From Octopus bimaculoides (taxonomy: Eukaryota), in the NCBI RefSeq assembly GCF_001194135.2, contig NC_069002.1:36023014-36087013 (forward strand): DNA of 64,000 nucleotides, written 5' to 3'. The notes under the pieces were generated by a model, which was not told the origin of the DNA, did not search any database, and saw nothing but the letters and a program-made list of their open reading frames with translations. Positions 52,159 through 64,000 of this stretch are shown here, in pieces (position 1 is the stretch's first letter; each line of letters starts with the position of its first letter). Both the position numbers and the translations under genes were made by a program.

Positions 52159-53359
52159 TTAACTAATATTTTACTCTTGTCTCAATTTTTCTGAGCACTT
52201 CTCCTTGCAGCCCTGTATAAAATTTATTGGTTTCATAATAAGAAGCCATTAATATTATATATATATATAATCTTACTATAATGGGTGTTATGTCCGTTTN
52301 NNNNNNNNNNNNNTTAGCATTAAACTATCAGAAAGTATGATTATTTCGTGAATATCGATTTTTAAAAAAATTAATAAACCAACTTCGCATTTTTAATAAA
52401 AATTCACCGACCCCGAGTAACTCTGGATTTTCATCGTATAGTTCGTAGCCCCATCGTAGATGCGAAGGATCCTCGCGAAAGGTTATTAACAAAAATAAAA
52501 TGGAAAAAATGTGTGCATACACACGCGCACACACACACACACTCGCGGACACACATATACACGCTCACACTCATAAAATATTTTGAACATTTTCGTCACG
52601 TTTCATTGTTGATCCATGGTATTTAGGTTGGAACAATTACATTGGTTTTTCTATTAATATTCCAAGACCTTAACCTTATCTTCTAAAGGATATGAAGAAT
52701 AGTGGCTTAGTGTTGCCAGGTTTTGTAATAAGCAGCAAAGGAAATGGGGACAATATTGAAAGCCTAATAGACTTAGGAAAATTGTTTTACATTCAATACA
52801 AAGGACTTTGAAGAAAACACAAAATATATCCTTAATGTAAAAGATTTACCCCAAACATAATTGTCGTATTATGTCTTTCATATAGCTTGTTTAAAGAGAC
52901 ACTTTTCTCTGTATGTATATGCATACGTATGTATACATATATGCATAAATACTCTCACACAAGTATACACACACAGATATGTCTGTCTATCTCTCTATCC
53001 ATCTATCTATCTATCCGTCCGTCTTTGTCTGCCTATCTATCAATCAGTTCATACATACATCCACACACATATATATATATACACATATGCATACATGGAT
53101 TTATGCATTCATGGGCATATGCATACATACATCCATACATACATCTATACATATATATATACATATACACGTGCATATATTTGTGCGTATATATATATAT
53201 ATATATATATATAGTTGTGTATATACATATATCTGTATATATATATGTGCGTGTTTATTCCTTTAAGTTCGTTACGGAAATGTTTTTCATTAAGTATATG
53301 ACAAAGTTGAGCAGAGAATCTGCATCAGATTTTGCCAAAAGCATGGCGATTTCTGCCCA

Positions 53360-53860
53360 GAGGCCTACGCAAAGTTTTCAACAAGTTTTCATCGTCCTAG
53401 ACACAATCAAATAGATCTTGTGCAACTGAAAACCGAGTATCTTGGCAGACACGCGTCTCCTACTCAAATCTTCAGTGATAATGGACTAAACTGAATCGTA
53501 ACTGCGCATTCTCTGATAACACACGGATGATGATTCGACGATTTCCCCTAACAGCTGCACGTACATCTACGATGTTTGCCGACCTCCCAGAACGTTCCGA
53601 CCATCTTGGAAACGTCTGAACCACTTGTGTGCGGCTCATACACTCCTCTCCATACACTTTGTACAGCTTTGCGTTGGCCCCTGAGTAGGTATCGCCATGA
53701 CAACTTTCTGCCGTAAACAACGGAAGTGACCTAAAACGTTAAAGCTTACTGCGCATGCACAATAAAGTTCAAATTCAATCTTTGCCAAACAGCTGCATTC
53801 TACGTGCTTTTGCTTCGTTACTCTCGCAACAGTCCAGACACTTATTGATCAGACCTCGTA
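53360..53860 (-). mobile_element. Mariner transposon 5' half (TIR plus HTH region)
   Basis: TIR TA-CGAGGTCTGATCAATAAGTGTCTGG at 53860 end; translation KLYKVYGEECMSRTQV..SGRSANIVDVRAAVRGNRR..TEDLSRRRVSAK..QDLFDCV*DDENLLK. Confidence 0.85.
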
Positions 53861-54514
53861 TATATATGCGTGCGTGTGTGTGTATGTATGTATAGATGTA
53901 TATATATTTACACATAAATGATTTCAAAAACAAAGTGATACTCATAGCTCTTAGCACAGGTCAAACACTTGAAATTTAAGGAAGTGGTCATTTGATAACA
54001 TCAAGATTTAATATCTGACTAGGTCTATATGTTGTGATTGAAAGGCAAAACTGACCTCGGCAGAATTTGGATTCTGAATCTGAAGAGAGATGTGAGCACC
54101 AAAGAGAAGAATTGCTTTTCAAACGTTGCTTCTGTGGTAATTAGTGTTAGGGTTAGTGTGTTTGGCTCAACATCCGAACTGCTTACCATAAAAAAGCTGA
54201 AATAAATTCTGATTCGGACACATATTGTCGACCGGCAGTAAAGTGTCATTTTGTATTCTGTCAGAATCCTTAGAAAAATTCTTGTAATTGGAAACGTGAT
54301 GCTGTCACCAAACCTCATAGCAACATCACTGTTAACAAAATTAGCGTCAAATAGATTTTGAAAAATAACGATGCCGCCGATGATGATGATGATGATGAAA
54401 AAAAAGCAACAAAACAGTAACAAAAAAAAACAGCATTAGCTGCAGCAGCGGCAGCAGCAACTATAATAAGGACGATGACGACAACAAGAACAACAGCAAC
54501 AACAGCCACAATAA

Positions 54515-55700
54515 TAGTGATAATAATAATAATAATTCTTTATTGGCCACAAGGACCGCAAAAAACACTTAGGACTAAGGATTTACACAAAACCGTGTAA
54601 AACTTAAAAGAAACAGTCAAAGAAATAAATTCTCTAACAGGAGGAAAACAACACAAGGGTAACCAAGGTACTCCATAGGTCCCAAGCTACCCTACTCATC
54701 AGCTGTACATCAACTACTCCTGTCTCTCATACGTGGACCTCAGCCTACAGACATCATTTTAGAGTGGGCTCACTTACTCGAGCCACTCTCACCATATCCA
54801 CTCACGTTTCAAAACATTTAATTGGTGATTGGGTGACAGCGCTTTCGCTCTCAACTCTCACTTCTCTTTTCAAATGGAATTTTAAAAGTCCAAAAAGGCT
54901 TGTGCGAAGAAGGTGTCTGCCTCCAGTCTTTTCATCCTCGTTCACCTCACAACGTATTTCACCAAAGCCACTAAACAGAGGAAAAGAGGCTGCACCTTTA
55001 TACCAAAGGAAAGCGGTGGGGCGATCTACAAAGGGATGTTTGGGTGCCTGACATACACGTGATGGCTACCATTCAACATAAATCGATAAGTCAGCAATGC
55101 TTGGGAACTAGACGAGAGGTGGCAAGGTGGTTTTATCTCTCTACGTGCATCTTGGGCAGTCGGGGCTGACATTCCCATGCCTGTAGAGATCATTTCGAAC
55201 TGACAATGTCTCCCCTGTAGCACTGCAACGGTAGGAATTTCAGGAAAGTATCCGTGGGTCTTGATACAAAAGTCTACCGAAAAAACGCACAGATTTTCCC
55301 AAGAATTTTGTCACTCATAGCCGCCTCTAATTTTCTATAAAACACCATGGTGGGCTCGCATTACACGACTGGCCGAGGGTTGTGTGCCCTTTACGGCGCT
55401 CAAATTGCCAGGCACCATGCCTCGGTTGACGCTTGACCCAGGACTTCAGCTCAGTCAAAACACGACCGTTCACTCCAAGGAAAGCAGAAGAGGAAATGTT
55501 CCATTCTGGGTTACCCTGAAACGGAGCAAGGCACGAGCATTCGTCGGTAGTAAATGACGAATGAGATCTTTATGTTCGCCACCTCCGACTGACCCTTCAG
55601 AGTTTATTTCTGGGTGAGACTTGTCACACTGCTCGTCACCTGTTCCCAGTTCTTGTTCCCTTGGAGATCTGGAACAAATCAAACCCCGAGCAATTTAACT
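54515..55700 (-). mobile_element. Tx1/L1-clade LINE, 5'-truncated ORF2 C-terminus and 3' UTR
   Basis: ELKSWVKRQPRHGAW, zf-RVT-like QCYRG.LSVRNDLYRHGNVSPDCPRC, KFHLKREVRVE; 3' UTR ends with AATAAA (plus 54539-54544) and (ATT)n tail. Confidence 0.8.
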
Positions 55701-55770
55701 AGTCAGTCCGTTCGCCTGTCCGTTCGTCCAGCACCCATGTTATATTAAGAATACCCTTAATATAATAATG

Positions 55771-55987
55771 GTTTCAAATTTTGGCACAAAGCCAACTATT
55801 TTGAAAGGAAGGGGTTTGTCGATTACATTGACCCCAGTGCTTAGCTGGAACTTATTTATCGACTCTGAAAGTATGAAAGACAAAATCAGCATCGTCGGAA
55901 TTTGAACTAGGGACGTAATGAGTCGAAAAAAGTACCACAAAGCAATTTTGCCAACCAACGTCTTCTAACTTATTCTGCCAGCTCGCC
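55771..55987 (-). mobile_element. SINE family A, full length, diverged
   Basis: tttggcacaaagcc..gtcgattacattgaccccagtgc..tttatcgactctgaaag..ggaatttgaact..ttctgccagctcgcc. Confidence 0.8.
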
Positions 55988-56515
55988 AAAAACACGAATA
56001 AGAACATTATGTGCTTGACATTATTTTCTATAAAAAATATAACAATAATTTATTAAATATAGACTAAGTAATGACGATGATGTTGCATAGAAGCAAGCTG
56101 GAAGAAGAAAAGGAGAGCTAAGTCTTACACTGATTTAGCTGTTAATTTAAAACATTATGACAGTTGATGAACGTATCAATTATCCGATATTTAAATGGTG
56201 CAATGGTAACATTACACCACCATTTCTACAAAGATCTATATAGTCACGTTTCAGAAAATATCACGGTAATACTAGGAAGCTCAATAAATACTGCTGCGGC
56301 GTTTTCGCGTAGCGTTTCTTAATTTTCGATAGTCTTATGCATATTTACCTTTATTTTAATGAACAGCAGCTCGTGATATATGCCCTTGCAAAGTATTGCT
56401 TTACTTCTCCATACGTCATATCTTCAGGCATCGGTAATTATGGACCACTTTACCAAAGTTTGAATATTGATGATTTTCCTGAGGGAAAATGCAAATGGGA
56501 AGAACAGAAAGAGAA

Positions 56516-56885
56516 GAGGTGCACTGTAGAAGTTTTCAGACTTTTTCAGGAGAGACATTGATTTCAAAGAAGTTCAAAACTCTAATCAGTTCCGAAATAG
56601 GTTCCTCTGATATTAATATACCTGTTACAGCGCTCCAGCCCTCTGTGCAGGCCCCATGGAAGTCCTACAAATTGGTGTCCAAGAATCTTGTCACAGCCTC
56701 CTTCATCTTCAAAACCCTTCTGAGTTAAGGAAACAACCAAAATTCACAGAGAGCAAGATTTATACTCTAGGGAGGGTGAAGGACAGCTGTGATACCCATC
56801 TCTGCTTAAGTAGTTCTTGCGAGAACTCTCGTTACGGAGTATTTAGGGAGAACATTTTGCACAAATTTTGCGACTATTCATGACA
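56516..56885 (-). mobile_element. Mariner transposon 3' half (catalytic C-terminus plus TIR)
   Basis: Translation EMGITAVLHPP*SINLALCEFWLFP (HPPYSPDLAPCDFWLFP motif), MKEAVTRFLDT, DFHG..LERCN..I; ends aaaaagtctgaaaacttctacagtgcacctc. Confidence 0.82.
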
Positions 56886-57520
56886 AAATCTGTGTACAGT
56901 TGCCATTCCAACTCCAAACTGTATATTTATTGCCTTTATAGACATGACATTCTTGGTCTTGAAAATTGCAAATTTACTCAACCATCCCTTTAGCTCTGAT
57001 TTTATTCTCCTCCCTACACCTCTCCTCACCTCTACAACAAAAGTTGGCAAGTCAGCTTAGATGAATAGTCATGCTCTACTAATATTCCTTTCTGCTCTAA
57101 CACAAGGCCTGAAATTTTGGGGGAGGGGGTAGGTTGATTAGATGGAAAAGGGACAACTGATGAAGGGAAATATTCTTTATGTTGCATGTCTCGTTTATTC
57201 TGTTTGTTTGTTTTTTCGCTGTTCGAAAAAAGTTCGTTTTCTGTTTTCGTTTTTATGTTTTCGTTTCTCATTGTGTTTAACGCTTTTTGTGATATCCTGT
57301 ACCCATATAGGCATGTATGTATACATATAGATGTAGGTATGTACATATATGTATGGATATATATGCATATATTTATACAATATTTATATTATTACATGAT
57401 CGAACGCCACGCATCCGTTTCCAAGTAAGTTTTATCTTATCTATCTATNNNNNNNNNNNNNNNNNNNNNNNNNNNNNNNTATATATGTATATAGACACCC
57501 TACATACACACACATATATG

Positions 57521-57730
57521 TGTGTGTATTTGTCCCACACCACCACTTAACAGCCGGTGTAGGTGTGTTTACGTCCAGGTGACTTAGCGGTTCGGCAAAA
57601 GGATAGGATAGTGCTTGGCTTTCAAATAAAATAAGTACTGGTGTGGATTCGTTCGACCCAAATTTCTTCAACGTGATGCTCCAGCATGGCCGCAATCTAA
57701 TAACTGACACAAGTAAAAGATTTAAAAGAT
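57521..57730 (+). mobile_element. SINE family B 3' half
   Basis: gtgtttacgtcc..gacttagcggttcggcaaaa..ataagtactgg..gatgctccagcatggccgcaatc..aagtaaaaga. Confidence 0.85.
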
Positions 57731-58672
57731 ATATTACTGTGCTAAGATGTCGAATACTTTCGAAATAAAACTTATTTTAAAAATTGAATAGAAACAGCAT
57801 CATGAAAACAGTTAGCAGAGACATACATATACACACAGGCGCGCGCTGACACACATTCTGTGCAAAATATGTACACGCATGCGCACACAAAGACCCCCAT
57901 CCCATCCAAAGGAGAACTAGAATCTAAAAACAGAAAAGCCATTGAAAACTATATTTTTGGTGGGGTATATATGTGGAAGAAGATGAAAGAGGAAAGAATA
58001 TATACATGCATGCATATATCTATCTATCTATATCTATATATATTTATATATATTTATATATATATATATACGCATGCACACACACACACATATATATATG
58101 CATATACAGGTATATATGTATGTACACACACACACTCATAAGGAAATTGTAGCAAATTCTTCACTCCTCTTCACTCTCTTTCTTTCCGCCATGTCTCCCC
58201 CCACCCCACCAATAGCTACTCTGGCTGTATACAAGCTTCAATTACACCCGTTGAAATGTAGTAGTTTCAATTCAATAACTCACTTTTTGTATTCTGCATA
58301 CGAAAGTTGCATAATAAAGACAGTAGTAGTATGAATGAATTCATGTCTTTTGTGGAATTTTCAGAAAGTGGTTCTGCTGAATTGAAAAGTTCTATACCCA
58401 TATCCACTTAATGCCGCCTACACGTTTACGTGTTCATACTACACTCAAGATGATTTACGTGCTTGTGTACATGTATGTGTGAATGTATCAGTGTGTGTGT
58501 GTGTGTGTGTTCACGTATATACATGTACACACACGATCATGAATGTGAAATCGGAATTAGCAATTTGTAGTCTCAACTTCAAAATGAATGTGTAGATGTA
58601 TGTATATACATATGTACACATACGTATATATTTGTATCCACAAGGATACATATATACAAACATATCTTTTGT

Positions 58673-58800
58673 CTTTTATATGTTACTGGCTTCAGTCATT
58701 AAACAGCGACCATGCTGGGGCACCACCTTGAAAATTTTAGTTGAAGGAATTGATCGCAATACTTATATCTCGAACCGCTAATTTACAGGGAAGTAAGACC
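58673..58800 (-). mobile_element. SINE family B 3' fragment
   Basis: ttcagtcatt..gcgaccatgctggggcaccaccttgaa..cgaaccgcta. Confidence 0.7.
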
Positions 58801-61214
58801 TCAACATATACATCAGCATATATATAAATAGATAGACGGACGGACGGACAGATACAAATAGACTAAACATATATTGAGAGAACGTGTTTGTATGTATTTG
58901 CGCGCGCGTGTGTATACATGTGTGTGAGTGCATGTGTGTATACATGTGTTTGTGTGTGTGTCTGTGTGTGATTGAAATACATTTTACAAATTCAGATCGT
59001 GAACCAATGTGAGAATCGCTTATATGTTTGGCTAAAGTGCTTAAAATAGTTACCAAATATGTCTTATAGAAGTAGTAAAGCATGTTCAACTTCGTAGTCT
59101 CTGACATAGACTAAAAGAAAGATTATGCGTCTTGAGCTATCATATTGCATATCAAGACATAAATATTTCTAATGCTGTATTGTTCAACGCCAAGAAACGA
59201 CGCATTGGCAATTCCTGTCAATCTTATTCTTTACATATAGTAGTTCATCCAGGCTCTACATCTGTGTTGATGACTAGAAAGTATTTTCATAAAGCCATTT
59301 TGATATTACTTCAAATTCTTTTAAAGGGATCTGTAAAATTTGTTGGTATATGGTATTTATCAGCCTTACCTCACCGGCACAACTTGTTCCCTTATAGACA
59401 CATTGTAACGTCTAAAGTGTTAATACATCGTTCTTTCAGTTTCTATACGTAACTTACTAAGAATGCAGCATTGCACTTTACCTCGTTCTTAGATGCAGGT
59501 TTATGACTCAGATAATGAAATTGAAAGCTGCTGTTAATCATTACAAAAGGATAATATTTTATTTCTGTACTACCTACCTGAGATTTAACTTGCACCTTGT
59601 AGAAAATGAGTTTTGTTAATGCTTTCCAGAATCTGTTTAGACCTGAAAAATTCCATGAGCTTCTAGTTTAGGGTGTTCTCCGAACATATCCCTCCAAAGT
59701 TTACATATAATAGAGCTAATATTTTTCATGCAACGTTGACTCTCACGATGTTTGTTTAGCGAATTGTGGTATATTATGAATTGGTGAGTACTTCTAATAA
59801 GTATCCCTTGTTCGTCATATTACCTACAATTTTACATGCAAACACATACTTATACATACATACATGTGTACAGTGTGTTCGAGTTAATTTTAGAGGTCTT
59901 TATGTCTCTTTTTCTAAGGAACAGCTTGGTGTACTGGTGAATAGTCAACGGCGTTGGAGAGCATATAGAATAAAGTTGTAGTTAAGAAAAAGTTACCTAA
60001 CATGAAGGATGAAAGCCAGCTAAATCTAATGTAATACACACACACACACACACACATTACAGAAAAGAAAATACATCTCGAACGCAGTAAAGCTGTAAGT
60101 GTAGCAGCAAAAGATTGATTGGCTATTTACCCTTACAAGACGGATTGTCTGCTGCCAACTTTTTTCCGTCTCATAAGGATAAATATTCAATCTTTTTCGG
60201 CTCTACTTACAGCTTCACTACGTTCGAAATTTACTTTCTTGTCTGTAAAATAGCAGCACATTCGACGCTTCAGTTTGTCTATACCACACACACACACACA
60301 CACATATATATCACGTAACTACATAAGAGATGTTGGTGATATTTTCCTCCTTTGAACTTTTCTGTAAAAGGGGTAATAGGGAAAATTAAACCGGTTATTT
60401 ACAAATAAGTTGTAAAAGAGAAAAATTAAGAGAAAAGAAAAACAGGGACATGTCAAAGTGTATGCACGCCTATTATGCATTTACATACGAAAGGATGCCA
60501 TAAAATCAACTGAAGTATCAAAGTATACTAGTATATACTGTCTTCTAGATTTATTTACAATAAACACTTGAAATTTAAATAAATTTACTACTCTACAAAA
60601 CCAACAAGCAGTACTTTACAAATATAAATATCACATGACAGGCTGTCTCCCATGAAACCAATGAAAAATAAAATTAAAGTGAAACATAAATAAAAATACA
60701 ATAACATTTTAACATGACATTTGATTAGTTGATACGAAAACGAGTTGAAGATGAGAGCTAGTGAAGATTAACCACTGACCAGAGACTGACACTCGAAGAA
60801 AAGGAAAACAAAACAAAAACAAAGAAGCGCTAAATATGTCAATTGGTAATTAACTTCAGATATTTATTTTTTTTCTTCACATATGTCAATAGCTGTCCAT
60901 AAGAAGCGTCACCTTTTTCAGAAATTACAAGAGCTTGTTGGTATTTCAAACACACAAAGTATTCTGAGAAATTTCTCAGACAATGCAATATATATTTATA
61001 AACGATTAGTTCCTTTCACGTGCGTTCTGCTTTCCCGCTTAGTCATTTCAGAATGATCTTAAAACTAATCGGACGTTTAAAGAATTGCACCGTTTTGTCT
61101 TGTTTTTTACTTATGTTTTATTCCTGCTTTTCTTCTTTCTTCATTTTTTGTTTTCTCTATTTTGTATTTTGGATAATATAGTTTGTTTTTATTAATTTCC
61201 TCTCCTACATTTCC

Positions 61215-61750
61215 TTGTGTATATATATATGTATATATAAATATGTATATATATATGTATGTATAAATATGTATATATATATATGTATATATATATGTAT
61301 ATATATATATACACACATACATACACACACATATATGTATATATATATGTATATATATATACACACATACATACACACACATATATATGTATATATATAT
61401 GTATATATATATACACACACATACATACACACACATATATATATGTATATATATATATATACACACATACATACACACACATATATATATGTATATATAT
61501 ATATATACACACGTACATACACACACATATATATATGTATATATATATATGTATATATATATACACACATACATACACACACATATATACATATATATAT
61601 ATATATATACTTCTATATCATGTATATATAAATATATATATACACGCACGCATATATACATATATGCATACATACATATATACACGCACGCATATATATA
61701 TACATATATGCATACATACATACATACACGCATATATATATATATATATA
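61215..61750. repeat. Higher-order (AT/GT/AC) microsatellite array, about 50-bp period
   Basis: Anchor acacacatacatacacacac at about 61311, 61361, 61415, 61461, 61507 (variant), 61563 separated by variable (AT)nGT(AT)n. Confidence 0.88.
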
Positions 61751-61789
61751 AGTGAACTGGAATGATTCGCGATATTTGTACCAACACTC

Positions 61790-61860
61790 CGGGTTCAAAA
61801 CCTGCCGAGATCAACTTTATTTTTTTATCCTTTCCAAATCCATTCATAAAATATCAGTAA
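61790..61860 (+). mobile_element. SINE family A-like fragment
   Basis: gggttcaaaacctgccgagatcaacttt..tatcctttcc. Confidence 0.5.
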
Positions 61861-62029
61861 AACTCTTCTCATTCTTCCCTCCCTCCCTCTCTCCTCCTCC
61901 TCTCTCACTCACCTCTCTCCTCCTCTCTCATGTTCTCTCACTTTCTGAATTCATTGTGTGTCAAGAGCGTGCGTTCAATTCACCGCAGCAGCTGTTCCTT
62001 CACGGCCACTCTGTGATAAAGCAGAACGA

Positions 62030-62715
62030 GTAAGTCCTGCGTGGCAGCTCGGTGAAGTAATTTATACCAGTGTCTTGTGAGTGAATTTGGTTGACAGAAA
62101 CTGAGTGTGGAACCCGTTATATATTCGTGTGTGTGTGTGTGTTGTTCTCTGTATGTGTGTGTGTTGTTCTCTGTATTTGTCCCTCAGTGAAGGCGCGTGG
62201 CTAAGTGGTTAGGGTCTCCGCCTCACGAGTGTCAGGCTGTGAGTTCGATTCCTGTCGGCATGTTGTATCCTGAGCAAGACACTTTATTTCTCGTTGCTCA
62301 CTATATTTCACTCAGCTGGCAAAAATGAGTAGTACCTGTAATTCAAAAGGGACAGCCTTGTCGCACTCTGTGCTACATTGAATCTCACTGAGAACATCAT
62401 TAAGGGTACGCATGTCTGTGGAGTACTCAACCACTTGCACGTTCATACCACGAGCAAGCTGTTCCATTCATCGGTTCAACAGGAACACTCATCGTCGAAA
62501 CCAACCGAGTGCCGAGTTTGTTAATCACTACCGCTTCACAACAAGTGTTGTTTTTGTTTTTTTTATATGCCCGTAACTTAGCGTTTCGGCAAAGAGACGC
62601 ATAAAATATGTGTCAGACTTAGAAATAAGTAACAAGTTCGATATCTTCGACTAAAATCCTTCAAGGCGGTGCCCCATCATGGCCGCAGTCATACGACAAG
62701 TAAACGAGGAAAGAT
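62030..62715 (+). mobile_element. SINE family B split by a family C insertion
   Basis: 5' part cctgcgtggca..cttgtgagtgaatttggttgacagaaactga..tatttgtccctc; resumes after 62513 with accgcttcacaac..ccgtaacttagcgtttcggcaaa..caaggcggtgccccatcatggccgcagtc. Confidence 0.8.
62188..62513 (+). mobile_element. SINE family C, full length, Pol III A and B boxes intact
   Basis: A box TGGCTAAGTGG 62198-62208, B box GTTCGATTCC 62243-62252, central ctgagcaagacactt..cactcagctggcaaaaatgagt, end cgtcgaaaccaaccgagtgcc. Confidence 0.88.
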
Positions 62716-63238
62716 AAAGTTAAATATAGGAGGCCCTCTCTTCCAGTTTGTTTTAACCACATTTATATAAAATCATAACCCCGACAACCTTTTAGTGTAT
62801 TGTGAACTCTTTTCAATTATATAGCATGCTTGCATGAAATAAAATTGTAATGCCTTCATTCACGAGCATGTACCTACAGAAAGATAAAACCTTTGGAAAT
62901 ATGAGCGTGCACGTGCACTCATAGACGGATATACGTTTCGTCTTTGGAATAATGGATCTCGAAGCACGCATAAAACAATAAATAATAGCATGTAAATATT
63001 GCGTTGAAAAACTATTTTGGTTAGAAAAGGTCTAAGGCTTCGAAAATGGTTTTTCAACTCAATATTTACTTGCTTTAATTCATAGATCTGTTTATGCTTC
63101 GAGATCCACTGTTCCAAAACCCAATCATTTCCCATTTATTCGAAAGTTTATAAAGTTGTTACGACGTGAAAAATACACATACAATCAATCGCACACAGGT
63201 ACATCTACCTATTTATCTATCGTTTTATATATACACAC

Positions 63239-63372
<134 letters not shown>

Positions 63373-63393
63373 GTTATACATTGCATCTTTGGA

Positions 63394-63756
63394 TTATTAC
63401 TTCCGCCCTTGCGAAGGCGGTGGTATTGTTTTCAATCAGTTTTCTTTGCTTGTTTGTCCGTGGACATAATATCTCAAGAACCGCTGGATGGATCCTTATT
63501 AAACTTTCAGAGATGTTTGGCCTCAGGACTGACATGAACTGATTAGATTTTGGGATCGATCCGATACCGGACAAGAATTCTGGGTTATTTTACCTGCTTA
63601 TTTTTGCTTAATTTTTGAGAGTTCATTTTTAGTATTCTCGTTTGTGAGAGCAGTCGAGTTTGTCAGATATTCTCATTTTAAAAGTCACCTCTGACTAATC
63701 GCTGAGAGGGCGTTGGTGTTGCCTTGGCGGTGGTTTGCGCTTTCTGAGTACTCTTG
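63394..63756 (+). mobile_element. DINE-1/HINE-like non-autonomous Helentron-associated element
   Basis: 5' ttattacttccgcccttgcgaaggcgg hairpin, core tgtttgtccgtggacataatatctcaagaaccgctggatggat..aaactt, 3' ccttggcggtgg subterminal repeat and gcgctttctgagtactc terminal hairpin relic. Confidence 0.7.
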
Positions 63757-63760
63757 AGAT

Positions 63761-63989
63761 TATTAGTAGTTTTATTTTTATAGCGTGCTTTCACTTCACT
63801 ACCGAGCGCAGCTCTGTGTGCCTTGGGTATGTGCTGTGGCTTGCTGTGACGCTCTTATGGTTACTGTATTGAAAGTGTTTTGCGTAGGATGTGTGCAGTG
63901 CCCAGCAGTGCAATTTTCTGTATGTTATATATATTTGTAAGTCCAGGTGTTTTTGTCATGTATTTGTCTGAAAATTTTTTTATCATACT
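63761..63989 (-). mobile_element. R4/Dong-clade LINE 3' end, 5'-truncated
   Basis: Translation GMIKK..DKYMTKTPGLTNIYNIQKIALLGTAHILRKTLSIQ* (stop 63861-63863), short 3' UTR ending aataaaactactaataat; 5' junction abuts (TAA)n. Confidence 0.88.
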
Positions 63990-64000
63990 TATTATTATTA

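Noticed and set aside
53360-56885. The two mariner halves as one element split by the Tx1 insertion
   Set aside because: On the minus strand the 5' half would need the higher coordinates, but the order is reversed and the TIRs differ.
61311-61582. Constant 20-bp repeat with variable spacers, superficially CRISPR-like
   Set aside because: Spacers are (AT)nGT(AT)n slippage products, the repeat is itself low complexity, there are no cas genes, and the DNA is animal.
62191-62260. tRNA gene
   Set aside because: It has A and B boxes but no complete cloverleaf or terminator and continues into a SINE body; the same applies to the other SINE heads.

Overview
Eukaryotic (animal), AT-rich, repeat-saturated DNA with about 20 assembly gaps, mostly opening at (TA)n or (CA)n tracts. 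The three tRNA-like SINE families, R4/Dong, Tx1 and Penelope-like remnants and very dense microsatellites fit an Octopus draft assembly (inference from recognised repeat families, not from a search). I find no supportable host gene; the window reads as intergenic or deep intronic DNA. Almost all long ORFs in the track are artefacts of microsatellites or N runs. Real protein-coding relics are all transposon-derived: Penelope-like RT (4.1-5.15 kb) and GIY-YIG endonuclease (29.3-29.9 kb), R4/Dong RLE and 3' end (30.1-30.3 kb, 63.8-64.0 kb), Tx1-type ORF2 C-terminus with 3' UTR (54.5-55.7 kb) and several Tc1/mariner fragments. Most notable: a minimal type I hammerhead ribozyme in a Penelope-type repeat present twice (13.7 kb with intact core, 42.2 kb with a core-adjacent mutation), several fold-back or long inverted-repeat elements, a hairpin element with a 21-bp target duplication, and SINE 3' ends resembling the Tx1 LINE 3' end. 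I do not see a new multi-gene system; the findings are mobile-element and RNA-structure leads.
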